From Oligoflexales bacterium (lineage in GTDB: Bacteria > Bdellovibrionota_B > Oligoflexia > Oligoflexales > RGVZ01), in the NCBI GenBank assembly GCA_044236265.1, contig JBIIGV010000057.1:1-18573 (forward strand): DNA of 18,573 nt, given 5' to 3'. The notes under the pieces are model-generated. The model was not told the DNA's origin. It saw nothing but the letters and a program-made list of their open reading frames with translations, and ran no database searches. The translations under genes were made by a program, and so were the position numbers. Positions 1-8,863 of the stretch are shown here, piece by piece; the stretch's first letter is position 1; the number at the start of each line of letters is the position of its first letter.

Positions 1-1
1 G

Positions 2-1120
2 GCTGAAATGATTGTCAGCCGGCCAGCAGGGCAGCAATTTGCACTCGTGGAAGCGAGGGCCGGAGAGGCAAAAGCGACTCCCTCCAGCGGTGAAGCCAAA
101 TTAGTATCTTCCCTAAATTCCCCATTTCTCTTATCAAACCCGAAAGACCCGGCTATTTGGATTAACTCACCCGCCCCAGAGCAATTCATCATTGCCAAAG
201 AGGGATTCGCGGCCGTGTTGTTTTCTTGGCACTCCAACAAGCCCTTGGGTAACGCCAATATTCTTGTACGTAATTTAGCTACAGGCGAGATGACGATTCA
301 CGAAGCATCAAAAGCCCGCGAAGACATCACACTAGCCTCGGGGTCATACAGCTGGTCCGTAAACACCGGAGGACTGATCTCCGGCTCGCGACGATTTCAC
401 GTCAAAGGTGACGCACCCACCGATGGTATCGCCGACAGAAAGATCGCCTCAACCACTCGTAAGGTAGCCACAAGTGATTCGACTGTCGATGCAACAAAGG
501 AGCCAAGCGCCATCAAGCCGCAGTCGGAAGCAGCACCCGTGTTAGAACGACCTAAAATTAAAATTGTGGAGCCGACAGAAGGATTATCTATTCCTGTAGA
601 GAGTTTAACGGAGCAACGGGTGCACTGGTCTGCGACAGGCGATGTAGACTCTATTGATCTTGAAATCCTTGGGAGTTCTGGCAATCCTGCCAAACAGTTT
701 ACACTTGAGGGCGACCGCACACGCCGACGATTGCCAGCTCTTCCTCCGGGGCGTTATACAGTTCGCGTTCGGGCCAACGGAATTCGTGATGATGTGACAG
801 CGAGTAGTGCCTGGGCAGAAACATTTTTTGACGTCGTACAAACAGAGCCAGGTCAATTAGCCCCCTCGGATGTTAAGGTATCTACGACAAAAAAAGGGAA
901 CACCCCCTATATCCTGATCGAATGGTCTAAAAGCACAGCCCCTCGTTATCAGGTGACGATGACGACATCTGATGCTCCCGCAAAAGTGGCGCGAACGACA
1001 AAATCTCAGGTACTGCTGAACATGCCTAAAGATACCGTCAAAGACATCGAAGTTTGTGCATTGGATGCAAACCTTCAAGTCAGGGGCTGCGCGCCCAAGA
1101 TTGAGGAACCCCAGTTATGA
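2..1120 (+). CDS. 5'-truncated extracytoplasmic protein with Ig/fibronectin type III-like beta-sandwich domains (possibly the C-terminal part of a FecR-domain protein)
   Basis: The frame is open to the left edge (GCT GAA ATG at 2-10), so the true start is probably upstream. FN3-like segments: GRYTVRVRANG and LAPSDVKVST...LIEWSKS...YQVTM. The stop overlaps the next start (ATGA at 1117-1120). Confidence 0.55.
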   Translation, partial: AEMIVSRPAGQQFALVEARAGEAKATPSSGEAKLVSSLNSPFLLSNPKDPAIWINSPAPEQFIIAKEGFAAVLFSWHSNKPLGNANILVRNLATGEMTIHEASKAREDITLASGSYSWSVNTGGLISGSRRFHVKGDAPTDGIADRKIASTTRKVATSDSTVDATKEPSAIKPQSEAAPVLERPKIKIVEPTEGLSIPVESLTEQRVHWSATGDVDSIDLEILGSSGNPAKQFTLEGDRTRRRLPALPPGRYTVRVRANGIRDDVTASSAWAETFFDVVQTEPGQLAPSDVKVSTTKKGNTPYILIEWSKSTAPRYQVTMTTSDAPAKVARTTKSQVLLNMPKDTVKDIEVCALDANLQVRGCAPKIEEPQL

Positions 1121-1860
1121 AAAAAAATCTACGTCTCAGCGTCTTCCTGATTGTGGCTATGGGGCCCTCGTGCTCTGCAACAAAGGATCCGCGCAGCCAC
1201 CTTAAAGATGATTCATTGACGGGTATTAGCTTTGCGCCATGCAGCCCAGACACAAGCGTCCAAACAATTTGCAGCACGTCGCCCACGGCTATTCATCCTA
1301 CCCAGTTTGCCGTTGGGTATCGAGACGTCGAGAAAAAAAGGGAAAAACTTAGAAAAATCAAAGATAGACCAGATCAAATTGATGAGTATTTAAAGAAAAA
1401 AATTGTGCCCGCAGTTAAAGGTCCCGATTCAGTCTACTACATCGTTGACGGTCATCACACATCGCGTGCACTTGCTGAGGAGTCCATCCTCGTACTTTAC
1501 ATGCGCGTTATACACGACTACTCAAACATGACCATTGACGCGTTCCTGGCGAAACTAAAGTCAGAACAACTTGTTTGGCTCTATGATGAAAACGGCGTTG
1601 GCAACCAGGATCCCCGCTCTCTGCCAGCGAAAATACTCGCTTTAAAAGATGACCCCTACCGATCCTTAGCAGAGGATGCGCAGGAGGAGGGAGCTTTTAA
1701 CGAAGAACCGGTTTACTACCAACAATTTATTTGGGCTAACTACTTTAGAAAAGTGGTGGACAAAGTTTTACTCGAGTCAAATTACAAAGAGGCTATAAAC
1801 GAGGCTGTGCTGTGGTCTAAGCACCCGAAGGCATCTCATTTGCCTGGTTATAAAGACTGA
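1117..1860 (+). CDS. ParB-like nuclease family protein (ParBc_2 type, ParB/Srx fold) with N-terminal signal/lipoprotein peptide
   Basis: Motifs HPTQFAVG, VPAVKGP..YYIVDGHH..RAL, LKDDPYRSLA and QFIWANYFR are typical of ParBc_2. The N-terminus MKKNLRLSVFLIVAMGPSC has basic, hydrophobic and Cys segments. Confidence 0.8.
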   Translation: MKKNLRLSVFLIVAMGPSCSATKDPRSHLKDDSLTGISFAPCSPDTSVQTICSTSPTAIHPTQFAVGYRDVEKKREKLRKIKDRPDQIDEYLKKKIVPAVKGPDSVYYIVDGHHTSRALAEESILVLYMRVIHDYSNMTIDAFLAKLKSEQLVWLYDENGVGNQDPRSLPAKILALKDDPYRSLAEDAQEEGAFNEEPVYYQQFIWANYFRKVVDKVLLESNYKEAINEAVLWSKHPKASHLPGYKD

Positions 1861-2285
1861 GGGGAGTCAGACTTAAACTCCACACCCATGGCGGCCGCCC
1901 ACTTGTCGTCAGCCGAGACTAGTTTTCTAAGCTTCATGTCAAACATTCCGAGTGTGATCAGCGCATCACAGTATACGACACCTTGATCGTCGATAATGGT
2001 TTGACGAATGGTCCCAATCTTAGAGTGCCACTGCACCATTTGACTGCGTATTTTTACTTTTTGTCTAAGTCGTAGTTCCTTGCGAAATTTTGTTTTGATC
2101 TCAATAACGACTGGCCCCACTCCCGTTTGATGCACATATTCCAAACCACATCCAGCCTGATGGACCATCTCCCAGCGGGCTTGCTCAAAAAGACCGATAT
2201 AGGCCACATGGTTAACATGCCCGTAGGCATCCAAATGATGCTCCAAAATGGTGACGTCATAGTGATGAATGATCGGTTGACTCAT
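1848..2285 (-). CDS. Acyl-CoA thioesterase, hotdog fold (YbgC/FadM/4HBT family)
   Basis: LDAYGHVNHVAYIGLFEQAR signature (D-x-x-G-H-V-N-x-x-x-Y-x-x-x-F-E-x-A-R). AGGGA RBS-like sequence upstream on the minus strand. Confidence 0.9.
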   Translation of the reverse strand: MSQPIIHHYDVTILEHHLDAYGHVNHVAYIGLFEQARWEMVHQAGCGLEYVHQTGVGPVVIEIKTKFRKELRLRQKVKIRSQMVQWHSKIGTIRQTIIDDQGVVYCDALITLGMFDMKLRKLVSADDKWAAAMGVEFKSDSPQSL

Positions 2286-2545
2286 ATTATTTGTCCCTAT
2301 TTTGGACTTTGTTTGGACCCAAGCAAGAATGCCTCATCGAGGTTAAAGCGGTTACATACTCTGGGTCAATGTCAGGAACTTTGTCAGACAATCACGCCCT
2401 TGAACCCTCTTGCAGCATAAAATTTAATCAAATGCTGAGTGTTCCCTATGTTTACTGCCGGTTATTGCTTTCGTTTGGCAGCTGTCTTTCGTATGATCTT
2501 TCCCGACACAAAGACTGACAACCCGATCGATGCTGGGAGCTGACC

Positions 2546-3469
2546 ATGCTAGACGTAGTGATTATCGGAACTGGACCGGCGGGACTCACCGCTGCCATCT
2601 ATGCCGCTCGCGCAAACCTGAAACCTGTCATCTATGCGGGAACAATGCATGGCGGTCAGTTGACGACTACGACCGAGGTGGAAAATTTCCCAGGCTTTGA
2701 GCATGGGATCATGGGTCCAAAATTGATGACTGAGATGACTTCCCAAGCAGAGCGTTTCGGTACAAAAATAATTTATGAAACCATCACGAAGGTTGACTTC
2801 TCAAAACGTCCGTTCAAGCTCTGGACTGACTCCGGAGAGATCACGGCAAAAGCCGTCATCATTGCCACGGGGGCAACTGCCAAAACCCTTGGCTTGCCAA
2901 AGGAAGCCGAACTCATGGGACGTGGCCTTTCCACTTGCGCAACGTGTGACGGATTTTTTTATCGTAACAAGGTCGTGGCCGTCACAGGCGGTGGCGACAG
3001 CGCCATGGAAGAAGCAAACTATCTATCTAAACTTTGCTCTCAGGTGTACCTGATCCATCGCCGCGCCGAGTTTCGAGCCTCCAAAATCATGGTGGACCGC
3101 GTACTAAACAATCCAAAAATTAAAGTCATGACACCGTACGTCATTGAAAAACCACTGCATGATCAAGGTGGCGTCAATGGACTCGTAATCAAACATGTTG
3201 AGACTGGCGCAACCCAAGAGCTGAAAGTTGATGGTCTATTCATGGCGATCGGTCACAAGCCGAATAGCGAAATCTTCCTTCCATGGGTTGATATTGACTC
3301 CCATGGCTACATTAAGACTACTCAACATACGTCCACGAAAACTCCTGGGGTTTTTGCGGCCGGTGACATCGCAGACCCAACATTCAAGCAAGCTATTACA
3401 GCCGCAGGCATGGGCTGTCAGGCTGCCATTCAAGCCCAACGTTTCATTGAAGAGCATGAAGGACACTGA
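2546..3469 (+). CDS. trxB: Thioredoxin-disulfide reductase
   Basis: GTGPAGLTAAIY FAD motif, GGQLTTTTEVENFPGF, CATCDG redox centre, GGGDSAMEEA and HRRAEFRAS NADPH motifs, GVFAAGD. GGGAG RBS. Confidence 0.97.
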   Translation: MLDVVIIGTGPAGLTAAIYAARANLKPVIYAGTMHGGQLTTTTEVENFPGFEHGIMGPKLMTEMTSQAERFGTKIIYETITKVDFSKRPFKLWTDSGEITAKAVIIATGATAKTLGLPKEAELMGRGLSTCATCDGFFYRNKVVAVTGGGDSAMEEANYLSKLCSQVYLIHRRAEFRASKIMVDRVLNNPKIKVMTPYVIEKPLHDQGGVNGLVIKHVETGATQELKVDGLFMAIGHKPNSEIFLPWVDIDSHGYIKTTQHTSTKTPGVFAAGDIADPTFKQAITAAGMGCQAAIQAQRFIEEHEGH

Positions 3470-3472
3470 TCC

Positions 3473-4621
3473 ATGAGTCTGATTAAATCCATGCAAGAGA
3501 AAATCCTTGGGCGACCATCTTCCATCACAGAAGATATGGTGCGATCTGCACTATCCAGCATTATGGACCCAGATCTCGGTAAAGACATTGTGAGCCTTGG
3601 TTTTGTTCGCAATGTTGTAATTTCTGGAACCGACATCAAGCTAGATATCAACTTAACAACTCCCGCATGCCCAGTTAAAGACAGCATCAAAACTCAGGCG
3701 GAAGTGGCCCTTAAAAATCTTCCAAACGCTGGCACAGTCTCTGTAAATATGACTGCCACAACGCGCGGCCAGGTCACGCCAGCCGGTAGCCCCATTGCCG
3801 CCAGCTTAGGACAGGTCAAAAACATTATTGCCGTAGCGTCTGGTAAAGGCGGCGTCGGTAAATCTACAACTGCGGTCAACCTAGCCTACGCTTTAGCTGC
3901 ACGCGGTTCTAAAGTTGGTCTTTTGGATGCTGATGTGTATGGACCATCAATACCACACATGACAAGACCAGATGCGCCGATGCAAAGTAACAGCAACCTG
4001 ATCAATCCGCCCATGGCAGCCGGCGTCAAAATCATGTCGATCGGGTTGTTTGCAGGCGGTGACAAAGCCACTATCCTGCGCGGCCCCATGGTATCAGGGG
4101 TCATCAAACAATTTCTAACCCAGGTCAACTGGGGTGATCTTGACTATTTGATCATCGATTACCCACCGGGGACAGGAGACATCCAGCTAACCCTTTCACA
4201 GACCGCACCCATCACCGGAGCCGTGGTCGTGACCACGCCTCAAGACGTCGCGTTAATTGACGTGCGCAAAGCGATTGCCATGTTTGACACCATGAAAGTG
4301 CCAGTTATTGGTGTGGTTGAGACCATGAGCTATTTTGTTTGTGATGGCTGTGACAAGAAGCACCACATCTTCCGAGATGGCGGCGGCGCACGCGTGGCCA
4401 AAGAGTTTGGTATCAGCTTTCTAGGTGATGTTCCGTTGGAGCCATCCGTGGCGACAGCCAGTGATCAAGGCTCGCCTGCGGTCGTTTCGCACCCGGCGTC
4501 GAGCGCAGCAAAGTCATACACTGAGATTGCCGGAGCCGTTGCGTCGCAGGTTTCGATTATCCATGAGGCCTACAAAGACGCTCTCAATCACTTCTCCATC
4601 GTATGGAATAGTCAGAATTAA
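3473..4621 (+). CDS. mrp: Mrp/ApbC/NBP35-family Fe-S cluster carrier ATPase with N-terminal DUF59 (HCF101-like)
   Basis: DUF59 motifs DPDLGKDIVSLGFV and LTTPACP. Deviant Walker A GKGGVGKST, DADVYGPS, DYPPGTGD, VTTPQ and C-terminal CDGC. Confidence 0.95.
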   Translation: MSLIKSMQEKILGRPSSITEDMVRSALSSIMDPDLGKDIVSLGFVRNVVISGTDIKLDINLTTPACPVKDSIKTQAEVALKNLPNAGTVSVNMTATTRGQVTPAGSPIAASLGQVKNIIAVASGKGGVGKSTTAVNLAYALAARGSKVGLLDADVYGPSIPHMTRPDAPMQSNSNLINPPMAAGVKIMSIGLFAGGDKATILRGPMVSGVIKQFLTQVNWGDLDYLIIDYPPGTGDIQLTLSQTAPITGAVVVTTPQDVALIDVRKAIAMFDTMKVPVIGVVETMSYFVCDGCDKKHHIFRDGGGARVAKEFGISFLGDVPLEPSVATASDQGSPAVVSHPASSAAKSYTEIAGAVASQVSIIHEAYKDALNHFSIVWNSQN

Positions 4622-4638
4622 GGAATGGATCAGCCATT

Positions 4639-4974
4639 ATGAAGCCTGAATCGTCACTTACCAATGCCAAAGGACCAGCAGTCCGCGTCAAATCAATCAG
4701 CCAAATGGATGATCGCACCCTCGGCATCACATGGACCGACAATGAATCATCGCGCTTTGACGTGGTAGAACTACGCCGGAAATGCCCCTGCGCCACGTGT
4801 ATTGATGAGTGGACACATGAGCAGATTCTGAAGCCTGAGCAGGTCGCGGAAACCGTTCGTCCGTTGAAAATTGAATCTGTCGGTCAGTATGCCATGTCGA
4901 TTCAATTCACCGACGGACACAAAACGGGGATCTATACATTTGCCATGTTGCGAAGACTTGCTCATCTCAACTGA
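4639..4974 (+). CDS. DUF971 / GBBH-like N-terminal domain protein
   Basis: LGITWTD...ELRRKCPCATC...VGQYAMSIQFTDGHKTGIYTF..LR is the DUF971 pattern. It lies 17 bp downstream of mrp. Confidence 0.92.
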   Translation: MKPESSLTNAKGPAVRVKSISQMDDRTLGITWTDNESSRFDVVELRRKCPCATCIDEWTHEQILKPEQVAETVRPLKIESVGQYAMSIQFTDGHKTGIYTFAMLRRLAHLN

Positions 4975-4987
4975 GCAAGTCACTGGT

Positions 4988-5689
4988 TTAATGCCAGCGT
5001 AACTGCGGCTCAGGGTCGATACTGACATCTTTTGGGATTCCGAGAAGCGTTTGCGTCACGCGGAAATTACCTAGTTTTACAAACATGCCCGGTGCTGAGC
5101 AATCCACAGATCCGTTACAAACCTCTGACGACACCTCACAACGGCCATTAGAAAGAAACGTCTTAGATCGTACAACCGCCTTGCGTCCCATCACGTTAAG
5201 CGTTGTCTCAAGTGTTGCGCCTTCTGCACCAGAAATTCCCGGGGAAATATCGATGACCCGGTACATTGCCGGATTTACGTAGCTAAAGCCAACGGCTGCT
5301 TCTCCGGAAAGATTGGTAATTAGATTTGAATCAACCCGATCCTGTGAGCCGAAAAATCCCGTAAGCGTTCTTCCATTGCGAACTTCCGATGAGTCACCGA
5401 AGATGACCCAGTAAACCTGAAAAGGTTTCCACCGGGTGGACTCATCATTCAAGGATGGCTCAACAAAACGACAGCTACCATCTAATCCCTGCTTAACGCC
5501 GGCCTCGGATACAACAAAATCGTCCCAAACGTTAAATGACATCGTGCCAATCAAATGGCGAGACACGCCGGAAGACGTCTCCTGATTACTTATACGCGAG
5601 ATTTGACGAGTATGTGCTCCACAGCCACTAACAATCACCAGTAAAACCGGCGTCGCTGCCAATAATAAATAAAGTTTGCCCAACCGCAT
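4988..5689 (-). CDS. Hypothetical lipoprotein
   Basis: Signal peptide MRLGKLYLLLAATPVLLVIVSGC with lipobox VSGC. GGGAGG RBS at 5700-5695 favours the ATG at 5689 over the GTG at 5695. No family recognised. Confidence 0.7.
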   Translation of the reverse strand: MRLGKLYLLLAATPVLLVIVSGCGAHTRQISRISNQETSSGVSRHLIGTMSFNVWDDFVVSEAGVKQGLDGSCRFVEPSLNDESTRWKPFQVYWVIFGDSSEVRNGRTLTGFFGSQDRVDSNLITNLSGEAAVGFSYVNPAMYRVIDISPGISGAEGATLETTLNVMGRKAVVRSKTFLSNGRCEVSSEVCNGSVDCSAPGMFVKLGNFRVTQTLLGIPKDVSIDPEPQLRWH

Positions 5690-5692
5690 ACG

Positions 5693-5715
5693 CACCTCCC
5701 GCTAACAGGGAGGCG
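5693..5715 (-). promoter_or_regulatory. Stem-loop sequestering the RBS of the lipoprotein gene
   Basis: The minus strand reads CGCCTCCC-TGTTAGC-GGGAGGTG-CGT-ATG: an 8-bp stem (one G-U pair) whose 3' arm is the SD sequence. Confidence 0.55.
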
Positions 5716-5739
5716 TCAACTAACATAAACGTTAAAGGT

Positions 5740-6573
5740 TTAAAAGCGGAACATCGACGGCTCAAGTTCTGGTACTAAGCCATGTGCAGGGACATCAGCC
5801 CCAGACCCAGCGGATGCATCGAGCGCCACGAGAACATCATCCCAAAGACGACGTCGAGCTGCCAGGGACGCCGCTGCGGCATCAGCTGCCTCACGCCATC
5901 GCTTTTGGTTTAATCCTCGACCACACAGATTTTCCAACAACTTAACCGCCATAGGCGCGTGATTTTCATGATCGATCTGAATATGGCGCTCGAGATAGGC
6001 GCGAAAATGAGCACAGCCGGTTTCAGGCAGAAGTGGGAGCACACGTTGAAACATCTCGGGGATGACGTCTTCTCGACCAAACAGGAAACTTGCAGCCACC
6101 TCATGTAATGAGCGCTGACTCATCGTCATGGTATGACGGGTAAACTTTTGTGCTGCAGGGGGAATACGGCTGGACTCCAATGCAATTAAGAAAGGCGTTC
6201 CTGTTGCAAGTCCAGCCATAAACCGTTCAACTGCTGTGACGTCTGCTCCCACCTCTTCCATGCCCGCGAGGTATAGTTCAAAATGGCTACCTAGAAAGTT
6301 CAGAGACTCGATGTGATCGCTCTCCTCGGCAACAATGATTTCATTTATAAGCCTAGCTGCCGCTGGATCCTCTGGTGGCAGCCAAGGCGAGTCCATACTC
6401 GTAAGTCCTCGCTGGAGTGTTTTTGCAAGCGCCATAAAGTCCCAGACTGCAATGACATGATGTTCCATGACAATTTGCAAATCCCGCAATGACCATTTCC
6501 GAAAGAATAAAGGATGTCGCGTTACTTCAAGTCGAAGCTCTGAGATCTCTTGACGCAGGTCTTCAATCGTCAT
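5740..6573 (-). CDS. DUF3050 family protein (heme-oxygenase-like helical fold, putative dimetal enzyme)
   Basis: MEHHVIAVWDFMAL.K.LQR.LT....PWLP, RLINEII..EESD, SHFELYL.GM.EVGAD, FGREDVIP.MF, YLERHI..D...H.PMA. AAGGAG upstream favours the ATG at 6573. Confidence 0.88.
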   Translation of the reverse strand: MTIEDLRQEISELRLEVTRHPLFFRKWSLRDLQIVMEHHVIAVWDFMALAKTLQRGLTSMDSPWLPPEDPAAARLINEIIVAEESDHIESLNFLGSHFELYLAGMEEVGADVTAVERFMAGLATGTPFLIALESSRIPPAAQKFTRHTMTMSQRSLHEVAASFLFGREDVIPEMFQRVLPLLPETGCAHFRAYLERHIQIDHENHAPMAVKLLENLCGRGLNQKRWREAADAAAASLAARRRLWDDVLVALDASAGSGADVPAHGLVPELEPSMFRF

Positions 6574-6600
6574 GGACACTCCTTGGAATGGGTTTTCTCT

Positions 6601-6629
6601 ATTTTATATTAGGTACGTCGGCTTGACAA
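6601..6629 (-). promoter_or_regulatory. Sigma70-type promoter for the DUF3050 gene
   Basis: Minus strand TTGTCA (6629-6624) - 17 bp - TAAAAT (6606-6601). Confidence 0.7.
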
Positions 6630-6648
6630 ACCCCTGCGTACCATGGAC

Positions 6649-7779
6649 TTAGCGAACATAGGCCAGTCCTACATTGCCGGAAGTAACCTGACCCTTGTCT
6701 TCAATAAAATTACTATTTTTCGAGTCATAGGACTTGCTGTCTAAACGCACCAAAAGCCGCCACCCCAGCATCGAACCCCAGCCGACTTGAGCAAAAAGAC
6801 GCGAAGACCTGGTGTTGCCAGTCCCGGAACTCGATCGAAATACTCCGGCCTGACGTCCGCCTCCTAGCTCAAAGGCCCAATGCCGTCCTTGCCTACCTGC
6901 GCTAACTTCATAGTCAGTCGTTTTAACGGTCTCACTATTGAGCCGATCATCCGCCTCAGACCGTCCAAGACCGACACCAAGCCAAAATTGATCACCGAGA
7001 GCAAAACGCATCGGGACTGAATAGGTTATGGCTGGGCGCCGATCATCACCATCAATGCTAACCTCCGCGGCCGCGTGAGCCCAACGTCCCTGATACTCAA
7101 TCGCTAAAAATTTCTGATTTGCATCGCGTTGCTCTTTGGTCTCGTTGTAGCCTTTCTTAGCGGAAACGATAACTTCATTGATTGTTTTCGAAAGATAACG
7201 TCGCGATTGATAACCAGCGCCAATCCACAGACCAGGTCTTGGCCTGGCCGCCACCGTGATCAGGCCTGAAGGCACATCGCTCATTTCAGTTACGACCGTA
7301 CTAAACGTCGCACTTTTGCCTCTTTTTTTCAGGCTTGTGCGTTGAACTTCCAAAGCAGCACTCCAAAACACCAAACCTTGTGACGAAGCCTGCCCATGCT
7401 GAATGGTCAGAGTACCCTCTTCCGAAACCGTGTCCAGCGGCGCAAAAAGCGCGGGAGAACGCGTAGTTCCCTTACCTGATCCTGCCGTCCCTGAGATCAA
7501 AGATCGTGACTCAGGGGTCAGCGAGCCCGGCGTTGAGGCAACTCCTAAGGGAAATATCCACGTTGGAAAAAGCGCCATCGACGGTCGCGATGCAAAAAAA
7601 GGATCGTGACGCTCGGCCAACGACTCCATGACGGGAGGTGGGGGCGGCCAAATCGGAGCGCCAACGTCAGAGGAGCCCTCAGCTAAAATACCGCCCGCAT
7701 TCTGGGAAAGCGCAGAATGGCAATCGCTTAGGCCAAGGACCCCGACGATAACAAAGTATTTTGATCGCACCAAAAACAT
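6649..7779 (-). CDS. Hypothetical exported protein, probable outer-membrane beta-barrel
   Basis: N-terminal signal-like segment and Pro-rich linker (WPPPPPV), followed by many alternating amphipathic strands (LWIGAGYQ, FWLGVGLG, YEVSAG, WAFELGGG, LFAQVGW, GNVGLAY). The start is ATG 7779 or GTG 7785. Confidence 0.6.
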   Translation of the reverse strand: MFLVRSKYFVIVGVLGLSDCHSALSQNAGGILAEGSSDVGAPIWPPPPPVMESLAERHDPFFASRPSMALFPTWIFPLGVASTPGSLTPESRSLISGTAGSGKGTTRSPALFAPLDTVSEEGTLTIQHGQASSQGLVFWSAALEVQRTSLKKRGKSATFSTVVTEMSDVPSGLITVAARPRPGLWIGAGYQSRRYLSKTINEVIVSAKKGYNETKEQRDANQKFLAIEYQGRWAHAAAEVSIDGDDRRPAITYSVPMRFALGDQFWLGVGLGRSEADDRLNSETVKTTDYEVSAGRQGRHWAFELGGGRQAGVFRSSSGTGNTRSSRLFAQVGWGSMLGWRLLVRLDSKSYDSKNSNFIEDKGQVTSGNVGLAYVR

Positions 7780-7808
7780 TGGCACCCCGATGATGATGGC
7801 TCAGTCAT

Positions 7809-7837
7809 ATTATAGTCCACCCGGCCTCAGTGAACAA
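7809..7837 (-). promoter_or_regulatory. Sigma70-type promoter for the putative beta-barrel gene
   Basis: Minus strand TTGTTC (7837-7832) - 17 bp - TATAAT (7814-7809). Confidence 0.7.
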
Positions 7838-7864
7838 TTACCCGATCAATGGATGGTCTGTGGA

Positions 7865-7880
7865 TGGAACAGCGATTGCA
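7865..7880 (+). promoter_or_regulatory. Sigma54 (-24/-12) promoter
   Basis: TGGAACAGCGATTGCA: GG-N10-GC with TTGCA, ending 38 bp upstream of ATG 7919 (GAGGA RBS in between). Confidence 0.7.
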
Positions 7881-7918
7881 TCCCGCAAAGAAGTTAAATA
7901 TGCACCGATGAGGATGTT

Positions 7919-8863
7919 ATGAACACAAAGTACCCGCCTGTGATATTGGCCACCGAGAATAATACAGTGAAAAATCGACTGCTTGAAAAACTGGTGCACC
8001 TGGATCAAGCAGCAACTTGCATAGCTCCATCCGAGCTCGAGCTAAATCCCGAGCAATTTTTCTCAGAACTGCCAGCCATTTTGGTCATAGACGTCACCAA
8101 AGCGATGGCCGGACTACTACCAGAAAAAATCCTCTCCATCAGGCGTCAAAGCTTACTCAAGGTTATAGTCCTTGGTGACCCAAAAACGATCAATAAGTTT
8201 TCATTTTTCGATGACACTCGCCCATTGACGATGATCTCATCAGATCCAAGCATTAGCGAACTTGCTCACGCCATCAACTTTTGTCGAGCCAAGCTTGATC
8301 TGCAGGTGCTCGAGCAAGAGCAAAAAAAAGAGCATTGGACACAAAGAGCGCTCCAGGGATTGTATGAACGCACAAGCGAGAAAGAAGCTCAAATGGCTGG
8401 TATTATGGGAATTACAGCCACCGCACTCAATGCATTGAGCGCCGTGCTTACCATCGGATCTCTGCAAACTATAAAATCAATCGTCTCCCACTCAGGCGCA
8501 AAGCCCGATCGACTTGAACTTCTGTGGAAACGCCTACCAGATCTTGAGTTTGACACTGGGCCGTTGTCGCAATTTTTACAGATAAAAACAGTTGGGCAAA
8601 GTAAGACTTCCGGTTTCAAATCTGCACATGTTTTTTCACCAACAACAGCCCTCATCACACGAATTTCAAGACCAGGACATAAAACTCAAATTATGTGTGT
8701 CCTGGCGGAGCCAACTCACAGTTTCAGAGACTTCGAAAAGCGAATCTTTATGCAAGCGGCTCTCATGACTAGTATCCTAACCGAGTCAAATCAGAAGACT
8801 GAAAGAAGTCTCATGACTACAATCGAGACTAGCTTACTCAATCATCCAGCAGAAATTTTATGA
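7919..8863 (+). CDS. Hypothetical signalling protein: degenerate (pseudo-)receiver domain, helical linker and GAF-like domain
   Basis: Receiver-like periodicity (VILATE..., PAILVID, KVIVLGD, SDPSISELAHAI) lacking the acidic pair, Thr/Ser and Lys. The C-terminal MCVLAEPTHSFRDFEKRIFMQAA resembles the end of a GAF domain. Confidence 0.55.
   Translation: MNTKYPPVILATENNTVKNRLLEKLVHLDQAATCIAPSELELNPEQFFSELPAILVIDVTKAMAGLLPEKILSIRRQSLLKVIVLGDPKTINKFSFFDDTRPLTMISSDPSISELAHAINFCRAKLDLQVLEQEQKKEHWTQRALQGLYERTSEKEAQMAGIMGITATALNALSAVLTIGSLQTIKSIVSHSGAKPDRLELLWKRLPDLEFDTGPLSQFLQIKTVGQSKTSGFKSAHVFSPTTALITRISRPGHKTQIMCVLAEPTHSFRDFEKRIFMQAALMTSILTESNQKTERSLMTTIETSLLNHPAEIL

Noticed and set aside
2286..2545. 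Possible ncRNA (6S-like CCTTGAACC motif, short inverted repeats) or ORF 2291-2518 in the thioesterase-trxB spacer
   Set aside because: The pairings are short and imperfect, with no convincing rod or partner GGTTCAAGG. The ORF has no RBS or recognisable features. The spacer is adequately explained as a divergent promoter region, and an Rfam scan would settle it.
6623..6650. Plus-strand TTGACA suggesting an antisense promoter
   Set aside because: There is no -10 element at 16-18 bp. The hexamer overlaps the complement of the minus-strand -35 box.
8761..8819. 11-bp direct repeat TCTCATGACTA
   Set aside because: Two in-frame copies within a CDS (LMT codons). No evidence of an att site or target-site duplication.
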